Positions 7,564-18,200 of a stretch of DNA of 63,256 bases are shown in pieces. Position 1 is the stretch's first letter. The number at the start of each line of letters is the position of its first letter. The position numbers and the translations under genes are program-made. The notes beneath the pieces were generated by a model. It had not been told where the DNA came from. It ran no database searches and was given only the letters and a program-made list of their open reading frames with translations. Source of the DNA: a virus (Duplodnaviria > Heunggongvirae > Uroviricota > Caudoviricetes); the IMG/VR virus record IMGVR_UViG_3300025575_000276; one strand, given 5' to 3'.

Positions 7564-7604
7564 ATGAAAAAAAAACCTCAGAGTAATCTCCGAGGGTTTT
7601 TCAT
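7564..7604. terminator. Rho-independent terminator ending the giant-gene operon
   Basis: TGAAAAAAAAACCTC-AGAGTAATCTCC-GAGGGTTTTTCA immediately past the 1553 aa stop. The long A tract gives a U tract on the minus strand. Confidence 0.75.
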
Positions 7605-7606
7605 TT

Positions 7607-10600
7607 TTATTTGGATTGTTCGGTTACGTACCGTTGAATATCGGTACCCATTTTGAAAGGTCCTAAGAAGGAAGATACTGCCCTCCATCCTTTACTATCA
7701 GCATCCCCATCATCTTTCCATAGTTGGTGTAACCCACTATAAGTATTCCTAGCTACTGATAGCATAGGAAAAGGTGATGCAGTCAATTTGTACATGGACT
7801 GTGCTTGTGCTATCAGGTACGACTCATCGAGAGATCCTGACAACATCATAAATGCCATCGTCTTGTTATCTCCCGGCTTGTTAAACATCGAGGCAACAAT
7901 AGCAGAAAGTCCTCCGATAATGGCAAGAGAGTACGCAGTCTGCATGACAGCTCCCCTCTGATCTGGGTGAAGGTTTTTCCAGTATTCCGCAAACCCTTCC
8001 ATATCTTTGTCTTTTACACAATCATGGAGTTGCATACCCATATCTTTAAGGGTATACCACATACCTTCAAAGTAACCATCCTCATTATGGTAGGTTACTG
8101 TATGGGAAGTTCCGTCCTCATGCATTACTTCCTTTGTTCGTTGTTGGGAGTAATGAGGATTGATCTGTCCTCTTGTAAGCCACTTGTCGAGTTTAGAAGC
8201 TAACCAACCGTTCATCGATCCAAAGGTTCTTCCGATAGCCCACTGTTTATACAGAGCTTGGTCAACCTTATCCATGGAGAAGAATAACATGTTGGCCTTA
8301 TGCTTTAGTTCCATCGATTCTTCCATTGTATAAGGAACTTTCATCGTACCATTTTCACGTAGGAGTCCTTGCTTGGCCATAATTTCTTTTGTCTCAGTAA
8401 GTCGTTTTTTACCATCCGGACCATCAAACCTAGTATCTAAATTCTCATCATACTCCCAAGTATCTCCAACTTTTTTATAAGCTTTAATAGTACCGTCCAT
8501 TTCCATTCTGGCACCAACCATAACAGCCCTATGGAAGTAGTCACCTGCTGTATGGGCGATACTACCAAACTGAGTAAAGTGTCTTGTACCAATCTTAAAA
8601 CGACCATCACCGGATAGTTTTTCTACGTCCTGATCAGCAAGGTTCATATTTGACATGATATCGTGATATAAGGCACCATCACTTCCTTTAGCTGAGGAGA
8701 TCAACTGAAATGCTCTTACGTAAGATTTACCGTAGGCTTTTAAACCGGCAGCATCTCCCCTTCCGTATGCCTTTGCAAGTTCCTCTCCAAAAGTCATAAA
8801 ATGTCCTGCAATCATATTCTTTATTGCGGAACTAAGTCTAAATGATACCATTGAAGATGCAGCCCAACCACCAGCAACAACAAGTGTCTTTTCAAGTGTA
8901 GGATCTCCGACCTGGTGTTCGTCAAACAGGGATCCCTTTACAGCAACATCAAGGTACTTTAAAGTGTTCTTGTAATCATTCCGGTTGTTGTAAGTTTGAC
9001 CACTGGCAATCAAGACTTGGCGTACAGCATGGTACAAAGGAATTAACTTTCTGTTCTCTTCAACCTTAATACTGTTTGCAGTAAGGGTGTCGAGTACACG
9101 TTCTAGGTTAGTCTCAACATAGGACTTTTCAGTAGGGTCAATTACCCATTCACTCTGTTCATTGCGAACAAGTCCCATTCGTTTGTACCTAGTCTCTATA
9201 CTTTTAGACGCCTTTCCTTTTAACTTGAAGAAGTCCGGGATATCCCTACTGTTATGTGTTAGTGCCTCGAAACTTGACTCATAGTTCTGGTACTGACTTA
9301 ACCAACGATCCTTAGCAGCTCCAAGTTTACTCCAGAAACTTTCTCCAGTACCTGTGTCATGGGTCAACTTATATTTCATATTGTTCATACTGGATTTAAG
9401 TAAGGGTATCCACCCTTCTTCCCAATAGTCTTCGAAATGAGTTGCCTGTTCAGGTGTTGCATTTCTCAAGAGGTTCTTTTTTACTTCTGCATTGAATGTC
9501 TCAATGAATTCCTTTTGAACGGAATCAAGGGCATTATATTCAGTAGATCCTTTTGGCCAGAACCTTCCGACAAACCTTTTCTCTGTCTTTTCACTACCAA
9601 GAATTTTAAAATCCCTTTTCTCAAGTAATGGTTCGAACTTAGTAGTTGTATCTCCTAGAGTGTAATTCCTAATTGTGTTCCCGATATTATCCAGTCCATA
9701 AACCTTTGTGAATATCGCTTCCTTCTTTGATAGGTACGAGTTTTTAAACTCGTTCTCAACCATTCTGGAGGCTATCTTCATCCTTTGGATATACTGGTCA
9801 ACAATACCAACTCCTGTCATACCAGCAAGGGAGGCATAAGTTTCTCTTAGTCCACCAATGTCCTGAGCATTCTCAGTATCGTTACGGATGCCATGGTAGT
9901 GTGCAATAGCATTTGCCAGTAACTTATACTCGTAGGTATTCATATACGCCTCTGACTTAACGTCCTCTCCCATAAGTCTTCTCTGAAGAACGTTAAGAAG
10001 TTTTATAACATCATCTCTTTTAGTATCATCTGCAACTAACTTATCCGCCAAATCTCGAACTTGTTTTGGAGACATTGCATCAATATTACCGAATACTTTC
10101 CTGACAAACCCTTCTCCCATGAACGATACAAATTTAGGGTTAACGTCTGTAACATCAACCTTAGGCCTACCTTCTCTTAAAGCTGAACCATGTTCAATCT
10201 CTACACCTGTTTGGTGAGCATTTGCCAAATAGGAGATCAGGAAGGACACTTCATTCTGGTGGTAGTCCTCAGGAATTAGTAGATCGTCTTTGGCCAGAAG
10301 ATCTTTGAACTCCTGAGGGAAGTCTTTTATTGCTGAACCGCCCTCTGTCTTCAGAGACCTTAGAACTTTCAGGTGTTTGAAAATATTGGATAGGCTGTCG
10401 GAAACATACGGATTGTGCGTTTCATAGTTTGTATGGGAGCCAACGATAACATTGCTTATCTTGATGTCTGGAAAGGCCTCCTTTAGTTTCATTGCCATGA
10501 TCCCCATTTTCATAAACCTATCGTTACGATTAGTCCTATCGTACAAACGAATAGTCTGAACACCTTCCTTTACAATGGCATTTTTTACCGTATGTAGTGG

Positions 10601-12268
10601 AACAGAATTACCAAATATGTTTTTGAGTTCTCTGGTGTTAACAGACTTGTCGATAACATCTTCTTTCACTGACTCTCCATCTACAACACTATAAAGTACA
10701 ACACTAGCGAAAGACTTATCATTTGGATCATAATCCCTGAAAACAATTACAGCATCACTACCAAAGTTTTCAAATCCCTTCAAAGTGTTGGCAGCTACTG
10801 CAAAATCAGTTTCATTTAAACCAGATGTGAGTTTATCAAGTTGGAGTTTTCTTTGGGAAGTTTTATCACTCCCAGTATAATCTTTTCGTGATGTCTTGAT
10901 GAAGGAGGATTGACCAAAATTAATGTACTGTGCAAAGTCCTGACCGACATTATCAGACCCGGTGTCTGGAATAAGATCGTAGTATTTTTCAAGTTCTTTT
11001 AAACGTGCAGCATCACCTACTTTTGTTGTGTCCTTTAATGCAACCTGATCTTTAAACCTTACACTTAATCCTGCAATATCATTGTAATGGTGTAGACCAT
11101 TGAAATTTCTTACATAGGTTCTGTTTGCCCTTGCCTTTGAGGAGTTGTCAATAGTTGTACCTAATCCGGTTAGTCTTCCAAGGGAACTAATGTTTAGTGA
11201 TCCCTTAACTTCGATACCACCAACAACATCAGCAACACTTTTATCAAGTGGTATATTTGTACCCACCCATGCTTTGTGTACTGTTGAGAGATTACCAAAA
11301 AAATTAGCATCGTCAATGTCGTATATTACTGGTTTCGATAGGTCACTGATCGTTTTAATTTCTTTACCTGTGCTGTCTCTAAGAGGTTTTCCATCAGCAC
11401 CTAATCTCTTAGTAACATCTCCTTCAAAATCCAACTTAACAAAAAACAGGTGACTCTTATCTACGGTTAGGGAAGGCATATCAAGGTTGGGATCTCCCCT
11501 TCTTAGGAACTCCCTATATATGGTCTGTTGTAAATTGTTACTTCGAGACTTGCTGCTTTCAACTGTACCTTTATCAGCCTCAGCATACTCATGGAGTGAG
11601 AACTTATGGTCATAGGTGTTGATTATTCCATCAGGAGTAACCACAACAATATCCAACGTACCTCCGATACCGTGTGGTGCATTGATGTCTTTAAAAGTCA
11701 TTGGTAAGGTAGATGCTGTCCTGATCTCACTCAACACAACATTTTCCCTCCTATTAGTACCAGGTAGTTTAGGATTGAGTGTTGTTTCGTACAAATCTTC
11801 AAGGTATGTTAGCCATTTTGAAGCCGGTACTTCTAACTCAGATTTGTGAACATCGTCAATATACTTGTAGTCGTTCTTCTTCAGGTCTATGCCTTGTAAA
11901 GGGTGTTTACCTTCATTCATGTTTTTCAACAGAAGGTCAGCCATCCAGTGAAAGTAACTACCTGCATCCCTAGTAGGGTTCTCAGCAGACTCGTCCCCGG
12001 CAGGACCTTTCCATGGGTACATTGCACTTACGATAGTTGAAGTTGGAACAAGTATCTCCTTTTCGCCCTTTACAGTTCGTGAGTATTCATGTAGTCCCTC
12101 GTCAAAATTGATTGCTGCATGGTTCTTGAGAAGAGCAGCGACTATCTCTTTTTGATCGGCAAGAGTCTTACCGCTAAACCTTACACCCAGAGAGTTCCCC
12201 AGAATGTAATCGTCCAAGTCCTTTTCGGACTTGAACGTTAAACCTTTGTAATTAAATACACATCCCAT
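7607..12268 (-). CDS. Giant virion-associated (ejected) protein with an N-terminal PD-(D/E)xK nuclease-like domain
   Basis: HGIGGTLDIVVVTPDGIINTYDHKFS motif (about 11601-11675). Third gene of the giant-gene triad typical of crAss-like phages. Helical, partly hydrophobic C-terminus. Confidence 0.65.
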   Translation of the reverse strand: MGCVFNYKGLTFKSEKDLDDYILGNSLGVRFSGKTLADQKEIVAALLKNHAAINFDEGLHEYSRTVKGEKEILVPTSTIVSAMYPWKGPAGDESAENPTRDAGSYFHWMADLLLKNMNEGKHPLQGIDLKKNDYKYIDDVHKSELEVPASKWLTYLEDLYETTLNPKLPGTNRRENVVLSEIRTASTLPMTFKDINAPHGIGGTLDIVVVTPDGIINTYDHKFSLHEYAEADKGTVESSKSRSNNLQQTIYREFLRRGDPNLDMPSLTVDKSHLFFVKLDFEGDVTKRLGADGKPLRDSTGKEIKTISDLSKPVIYDIDDANFFGNLSTVHKAWVGTNIPLDKSVADVVGGIEVKGSLNISSLGRLTGLGTTIDNSSKARANRTYVRNFNGLHHYNDIAGLSVRFKDQVALKDTTKVGDAARLKELEKYYDLIPDTGSDNVGQDFAQYINFGQSSFIKTSRKDYTGSDKTSQRKLQLDKLTSGLNETDFAVAANTLKGFENFGSDAVIVFRDYDPNDKSFASVVLYSVVDGESVKEDVIDKSVNTRELKNIFGNSVPLHTVKNAIVKEGVQTIRLYDRTNRNDRFMKMGIMAMKLKEAFPDIKISNVIVGSHTNYETHNPYVSDSLSNIFKHLKVLRSLKTEGGSAIKDFPQEFKDLLAKDDLLIPEDYHQNEVSFLISYLANAHQTGVEIEHGSALREGRPKVDVTDVNPKFVSFMGEGFVRKVFGNIDAMSPKQVRDLADKLVADDTKRDDVIKLLNVLQRRLMGEDVKSEAYMNTYEYKLLANAIAHYHGIRNDTENAQDIGGLRETYASLAGMTGVGIVDQYIQRMKIASRMVENEFKNSYLSKKEAIFTKVYGLDNIGNTIRNYTLGDTTTKFEPLLEKRDFKILGSEKTEKRFVGRFWPKGSTEYNALDSVQKEFIETFNAEVKKNLLRNATPEQATHFEDYWEEGWIPLLKSSMNNMKYKLTHDTGTGESFWSKLGAAKDRWLSQYQNYESSFEALTHNSRDIPDFFKLKGKASKSIETRYKRMGLVRNEQSEWVIDPTEKSYVETNLERVLDTLTANSIKVEENRKLIPLYHAVRQVLIASGQTYNNRNDYKNTLKYLDVAVKGSLFDEHQVGDPTLEKTLVVAGGWAASSMVSFRLSSAIKNMIAGHFMTFGEELAKAYGRGDAAGLKAYGKSYVRAFQLISSAKGSDGALYHDIMSNMNLADQDVEKLSGDGRFKIGTRHFTQFGSIAHTAGDYFHRAVMVGARMEMDGTIKAYKKVGDTWEYDENLDTRFDGPDGKKRLTETKEIMAKQGLLRENGTMKVPYTMEESMELKHKANMLFFSMDKVDQALYKQWAIGRTFGSMNGWLASKLDKWLTRGQINPHYSQQRTKEVMHEDGTSHTVTYHNEDGYFEGMWYTLKDMGMQLHDCVKDKDMEGFAEYWKNLHPDQRGAVMQTAYSLAIIGGLSAIVASMFNKPGDNKTMAFMMLSGSLDESYLIAQAQSMYKLTASPFPMLSVARNTYSGLHQLWKDDGDADSKGWRAVSSFLGPFKMGTDIQRYVTEQSK

Positions 12269-12269
12269 A

Positions 12270-15200
12270 TTAACACTTTTTTTCTAAAGTTTTACTTTTA
12301 TACATTCTATCTTTAATGCTCTGGAGTTTTTCATTCAGATACCCAGTACCATAAAGGTCACTAAGGTCTTCCCTATTGGCTGAAGTAAGGTTGTCGAAAT
12401 AGCCTGAGAGTTTGCCACCGTCAATCATTTCCTTTGCAAGTTTAGCTACTGACATCTCAGCAGTTGCACCAGGAGAAAGTAACGATAATTTCTCAGAAAT
12501 CCAATTCAAATATGCATTTTGATTGCCTAACATGTCAAATGTTCCATCAGAGGATTCTCCAACCCATTCTGCAAATGCTTCTTCACCGACTATCTCAGGA
12601 GAGTACTCTGGGTGTTCTGCTTGGATCCGTTTACCTTGTTCAGTCTTGGCCCATGTATCTACTATCCTAGAGTAAAGTTCTGGTTTAGCCGGTTTTATTG
12701 CATTCAACCATACGTGAGATAACTCGTGCATTGGAGTATCTATGGTATTAAGACCGGAGTTGATATAAATAATACCGTCATGTGCAAATCCTTTCTTATC
12801 CAATAAGGATAGTGGAAGGTCTCCATTCAGGATATCCTCATTAGTAATGATGCGAACCTTTACACCGAAGGTGTCTCCTGCAAGCCTAGAGAAGTTTCCA
12901 AGCATCTTACTATTTAAAGTGGATGTCTGACCTACTCGGTTAGTGATCACATGATCAGAAGCATCTGAGACACTTTTAACCAGTGTATACTTTGGTTTAT
13001 TGATATCTGCTTCCTTAGGGAAATACCTACTCGATAGGATGGTTACTTTACCATTTGTCCCGGATATGGCCTTATGGAGTCGAACATTTCGACTCTCTAC
13101 ATCAGGATCTGAAAAGATACTGTCTTCGTGAATGTACAGGTTATCATGTTTTCCTTTAAGTGTGTCAGGAGTTACCGCATATCCGAAGTTGTAATCAGTT
13201 CCAAGTGTACTGAACTTACTGTAGAATGCCTCCATGTTTTGAGCAAGTTCCTTCTCAACTCTAGGAATACCTTTTAACGACTCAAAGTATTTCTTAGCTT
13301 GATCCAGATCCTTAGCATTGATCTCCAAACTATCTGCATCAGCAAGGAAGACTGTCTTTGATTTACCTGAAGAATCCTTGGTCTCTAAAGTAGTTCCAGA
13401 AAGATCTATCTCCTTTTTTAGTGGGGAGATTATAGTCTTAGTGGATTTACGAGCACTTGTCACATGGAAATCTTCTCCGTTTGCATCGGTAAGTACCTCA
13501 CCTTTATGGATAGTGTCCAAATCATTACCGAACATTTTCTTACGAACTTGCTCATTAATAGTATTGGCCTCTTCCTGAGTACCGGCAACTATCTTTGAAG
13601 TTTTTGGATCACCGGAAGTAAACTCATCAACAATATTCGTTTTGTTACTGAACTCTACTCCCTGTCCATTTCCATCAATACTGGACACTCTACTGATAGG
13701 ATCTTCGGAGAACTCATTACTCTCAATACTATCTAAAAGTGATGCTATAGGACTGGATTTAGGCTCTATGTGGTGTTCTACGATAGGTTTCTCTACAGGA
13801 GTTTCCTCTCCATCGAAGTTGGTTTGAGGTACTGGTTTTGTAGATACATCGGGAACCGAAAGAACACTGTCTAAGTTCCCAGTATGACCAAAGACTGTTG
13901 CATATATCTTACCTACTGTCTCAGTAAAGTCATTCCAAACAGATTTTCCAGATCCCTCATAGGGAGAAGGAGTTTCCTTTATGGACTCCTGGTATTTTTT
14001 ATCCGTGAGGGCATCTGATAGGAAGGTCTGAGCAGGAGTGTGTTCTACGGCACTAGCCAGTTCCTCAATATTACTTTTGAACTCCTCGTTGATTTTAAAC
14101 TCAGATTGGGTTGTAGCAGAAGTCAACTCATGGATGAATGCATTCTCTATGTCAAGGGTTGGGGTATTTCCCATAACAAAGAAAGTGTTTGACTCAGGAT
14201 CATACTTACTAACCCACTCATTTTGTATGCCGTGGTCAGAGTTATACTGTCTCATAAAAGGTGAGTCCACCACTTTAACCTGAGACGACTGGATTGTACT
14301 GTCCGCATTATCAAGTATTTTCTCGGCCAGTGATTTATTCTCAGGAGATACTCCAACTTCAGAATACTTCTCGATAAAATTTGAAGTGCCTGTAACTATA
14401 TCGTCTGCAAAGTAAGTGTCTTTAAATCCTTGGTTAAAAGGAGCTAAAGGACTTTCATAAGTACCACTATCAACTCCCTGACGACCTTCTGGAGCCTGTA
14501 CGAAACTACCATAACCCGGCATTGCAATAGGTGTTTTCCCATCAACGTCATAACCAGTTGCTGTGTGTCCTGCTGTGAAGATTTTCAAAGGCTTATCAAC
14601 AGACGAGAATACAGGTTTTGGAAGTGAGTTTATCGTTTCCTTCTTAGCATTAGCAACGGCCTCTTTAGATCTTTTTAGTAGGAACTCATTAAATCCATTT
14701 TCAGTTTTAGCCGGGGCAGGATTGATAACAACCTCACCTTTGGCCCAACGTGGATCAGAGTAGATCGAATTGTCAAAGGTTCCAGTTTTAAACGACTGAT
14801 AGGCATGTTCTACAGAGTAAAATAACTTGTTGTTCTTATCTATGAACTTGTTGACTTCAGCATTTTCAGGAGATAACGTTCTACCTGTTTCATCTTCTGT
14901 AGTTACCTTTTTAGGAACTTCAGGTGTAACTTCTTTGGGTTTCACAACTTCAAATTCAACAGCATACTCAAGACCCGGACTAAGTTTACCGAAACCATTT
15001 GCGGACCAACCTTCTTTATGCCAGTTAGCCTCAAACCTTGGATCAGATTTATCATAGACAGCAGTTACCCTTGTGAGGATAGACTTAGTAGTTCCATTAA
15101 CACTCTTACCAAACTGGTGAATGTAGGTACCAGGTTTAAGATCGTAACGATCCTCACCGTCCTCTCCCTCGATTTTACCATACTTGGCTATTTCCTTACC

Positions 15201-18200
15201 ACTTCTAGTTGTACGTGTTCTGAAGCCGGCCTCAATCATGTCAATAGAGAAGGCATTCTTACCTAACTTACTGGCAGCAACTTCAGAATTAACACTTTGG
15301 GTTTTTCCCCATTTATTTGCAGTATCGCCTTGAAGGTTCTGAGGAATGTTGTTTTCTCTAATCCGAGAGTTAGCTTGGTTCATACCTTCCTCATAGTTAA
15401 GAGGTGAGAGTTTAACCTCACTGGGCTGTTCATTGATCTTTGTTCCCGGACTTTTCCACACACCTAAGATTTGACCATCGTAAGGTTGCTCACTGTAGAC
15501 ATAACCATTCTTTTTTAGATACGCTGAAAGTTCTACCTCGCCTGTATTGTATGGGTTTGATTTAAGGTACCGTTCACTATCCTTAACAATAGTTGCCCCA
15601 GCATCCATAGCTTTGTTCAACTCAGTCTTTGTTTGGGTTATGTTGGAGTTCCATTCCTTCAAAGATTTGGCCCCATTCCTTTTACCATTGGCAGATAAGA
15701 ACACAACATCATCTTTGGTATACTTCCCAGAGTTAACAATGCTAGCTGCTTCGGATGATATTTCACCTGTATCAGTATTAGTGTGTTTAAGGTATATCTG
15801 ATCACCATACAATTTAGTGGAGCTACCTTCATTTCCAAATCCGATATACTTGTTCGACAGTTCAGCTTTAGTAATAGCTTTTTTATCCACAGCCTTATCA
15901 GGAGTTACGGAGAACACACCCTGCTTTTTAAGTAGGGTTTCTCTACCATATTTAATATCCTGTTTTTTATCAGGCGAATTTACAAGACTAGCTCTCCTAA
16001 ATCTGGGTTGTTCATCTCCATCCATAAGGTGACTATTGTCTGAATTATCGTCAAGATTTTGAGCAGTCTTTGAATAGTTGAGTTGTAGTTCACCTTTGTC
16101 CGTTATTGTAAAAGGCATAATAGTGGCTAGGTCATTCGTATTGCTGACCTTTTTATATACAGTTGTTTTTTCCCCGGTCTCATCGTAGTCAGTTCCTTTC
16201 TCGTAATACTCAGATTTTTTAGTGTCCTTGTTATACAGTTTTACCTTATCTGGAGTAGTATAGTCAGTAGCTTTTGGAAGTGATTTAACTTCTTCATACT
16301 CTTGGAGAGAAAGGTCAGATACCATACCCGACAGTACTCCCATGTCTAAAACTATAGTATTTGTTGCTTGACTATTTTTAAACAATCTGTTCGGACTAAC
16401 ACTGCTTAGGAAGTCATTGAAATCTTGATGGAGGTTAGTATTCATCAGGTCATAGAATGATCCAGAGACGTTATTAAACGAACTCATAAGTAATGAGTAA
16501 TTGAAGAGTACCTTTTGGTCCTTTACATCAATGTTCTTCAAACCAGTTTTGAGCATCATAATAACCTCATCAGAAGTATTCCTAGTATCCATGGTTCGAT
16601 AGACTGTAAAATCCTTACCAGTGAGGGTATCCCTTGAGTTAGATGCAACTAGTTTTTCAACAAAGAAGTTCTCTGGGTACTTCTCTCTAAGTTTGGTTAC
16701 AAACCCTCTGAAATGATCCAAGAACTGAAGGGAGTTTCCATACTCATTAGTACTCTTTGTTGCATTAAACTTGTATGTTCTAACTGCATTGGGATCATTA
16801 TCATCGTACTGAACATCCACAGGGCGGTTTCTGAAGTAAAGTATTTTAAGGTACTTTTCAGCAGTACGCCTAGCTCTAAGGAATAGGTTCTCATCATTTA
16901 ACTTGTCCTTGTCAAACTTGTCCATAATTAAATGGGTCAGTGCAACAGTACTTGAGAGTTCAGAAATCATGTCCTTACCTTTTTGGTAGTACTTCATGTT
17001 TGAGTGATAATGCTCATTGTCTGAGAATACTCTAAGGGGGTTTACGATAATTCTAATTCTATCGTATGCATCAATCATCTTGTCCCTATAAGTAGGGTTG
17101 TTTAGGAAGGTTGTAAAGTTAAAGTCCCTAAGAGTTTTTACAGCAGATCCATTAGTCCTATTCTCAGAACGATCCTTCGCACCTTTAATAAAGTCCTCGA
17201 TTTTACGACTATAACTATACACATCCTCACCTTTATTGGGGAATTTTGTGTTTACACTTAAGGATTTACCAACGAACTGAAACTCCTTTGCCATTCGGGA
17301 CACCTTAATAATGTCTTCATAACCTTTGGTTTTATTGTAGACAATATCGCCAAGAATTTGTTTCAAAGACACCCCTTCAGATTTTGCCCTTTCCTGCAAC
17401 TCAATCATCTTGGGTTGAGTAATAAAAGCAACAGCTCTTTCAATAGGACAACCTACAGCCACTAAAGCATTGAGGAAGTTTCCTGTATCAAGATCGGCAT
17501 TCAACCTACCAAGATAGAGAAGTTTAGCATTATCAGTAGCAGCGTTAATAAGACCGGAATATTCTGACCATGCCTGTCTTTTGATTGCCCCATCTTTTCT
17601 TGCATTTATTAGAGCCTTCTTTACCTCTAAGACTTCCTCAGGATGCATCTGGCTAAGTATGTCTATATTAGACAAGTTAGCTATTTTGCTAAAGACAATT
17701 CCATCTTTGCCGTCTTTACCCCCAGGAATATTAACCTCGAAGGGTTTAAAGGAGTTCTTTATAATTGTTCCTCCCTCCTTCATTACCTGTTTCATTGCAG
17801 AGTAGTAGATAGCAAAATAAGCCTTTTCAGCAGTAGCTTCCACACCTACCATTTGCTTACCTCTCTGATTGATAACCGCCATAATGATAGTTGATAATGG
17901 GTTACTTGGACTAAAGAACATCTCGTTCTTCTCTCCCTTAACAATATTCCCCAAACTATCTGTATTTACGATTGATCCCTTCTCCAGTGCAACTTTTGGA
18001 GCAATGCCTGTCCTATAAAGAGTGTCTACAATGAAGTTCCTAACTCCTGACTCATACCATTCAGCATTTTTACCTTTGAAACTATCCTCAAAACTCTGGA
18101 ATTCTTCAGGGTAAAGTTGTTTGAACTGTGCTTTCGAAAGTACATTTCCAGTGCTGTCTACTTTATAAGGGTACGACATACCAGTATGGTTTAGGTTGTT

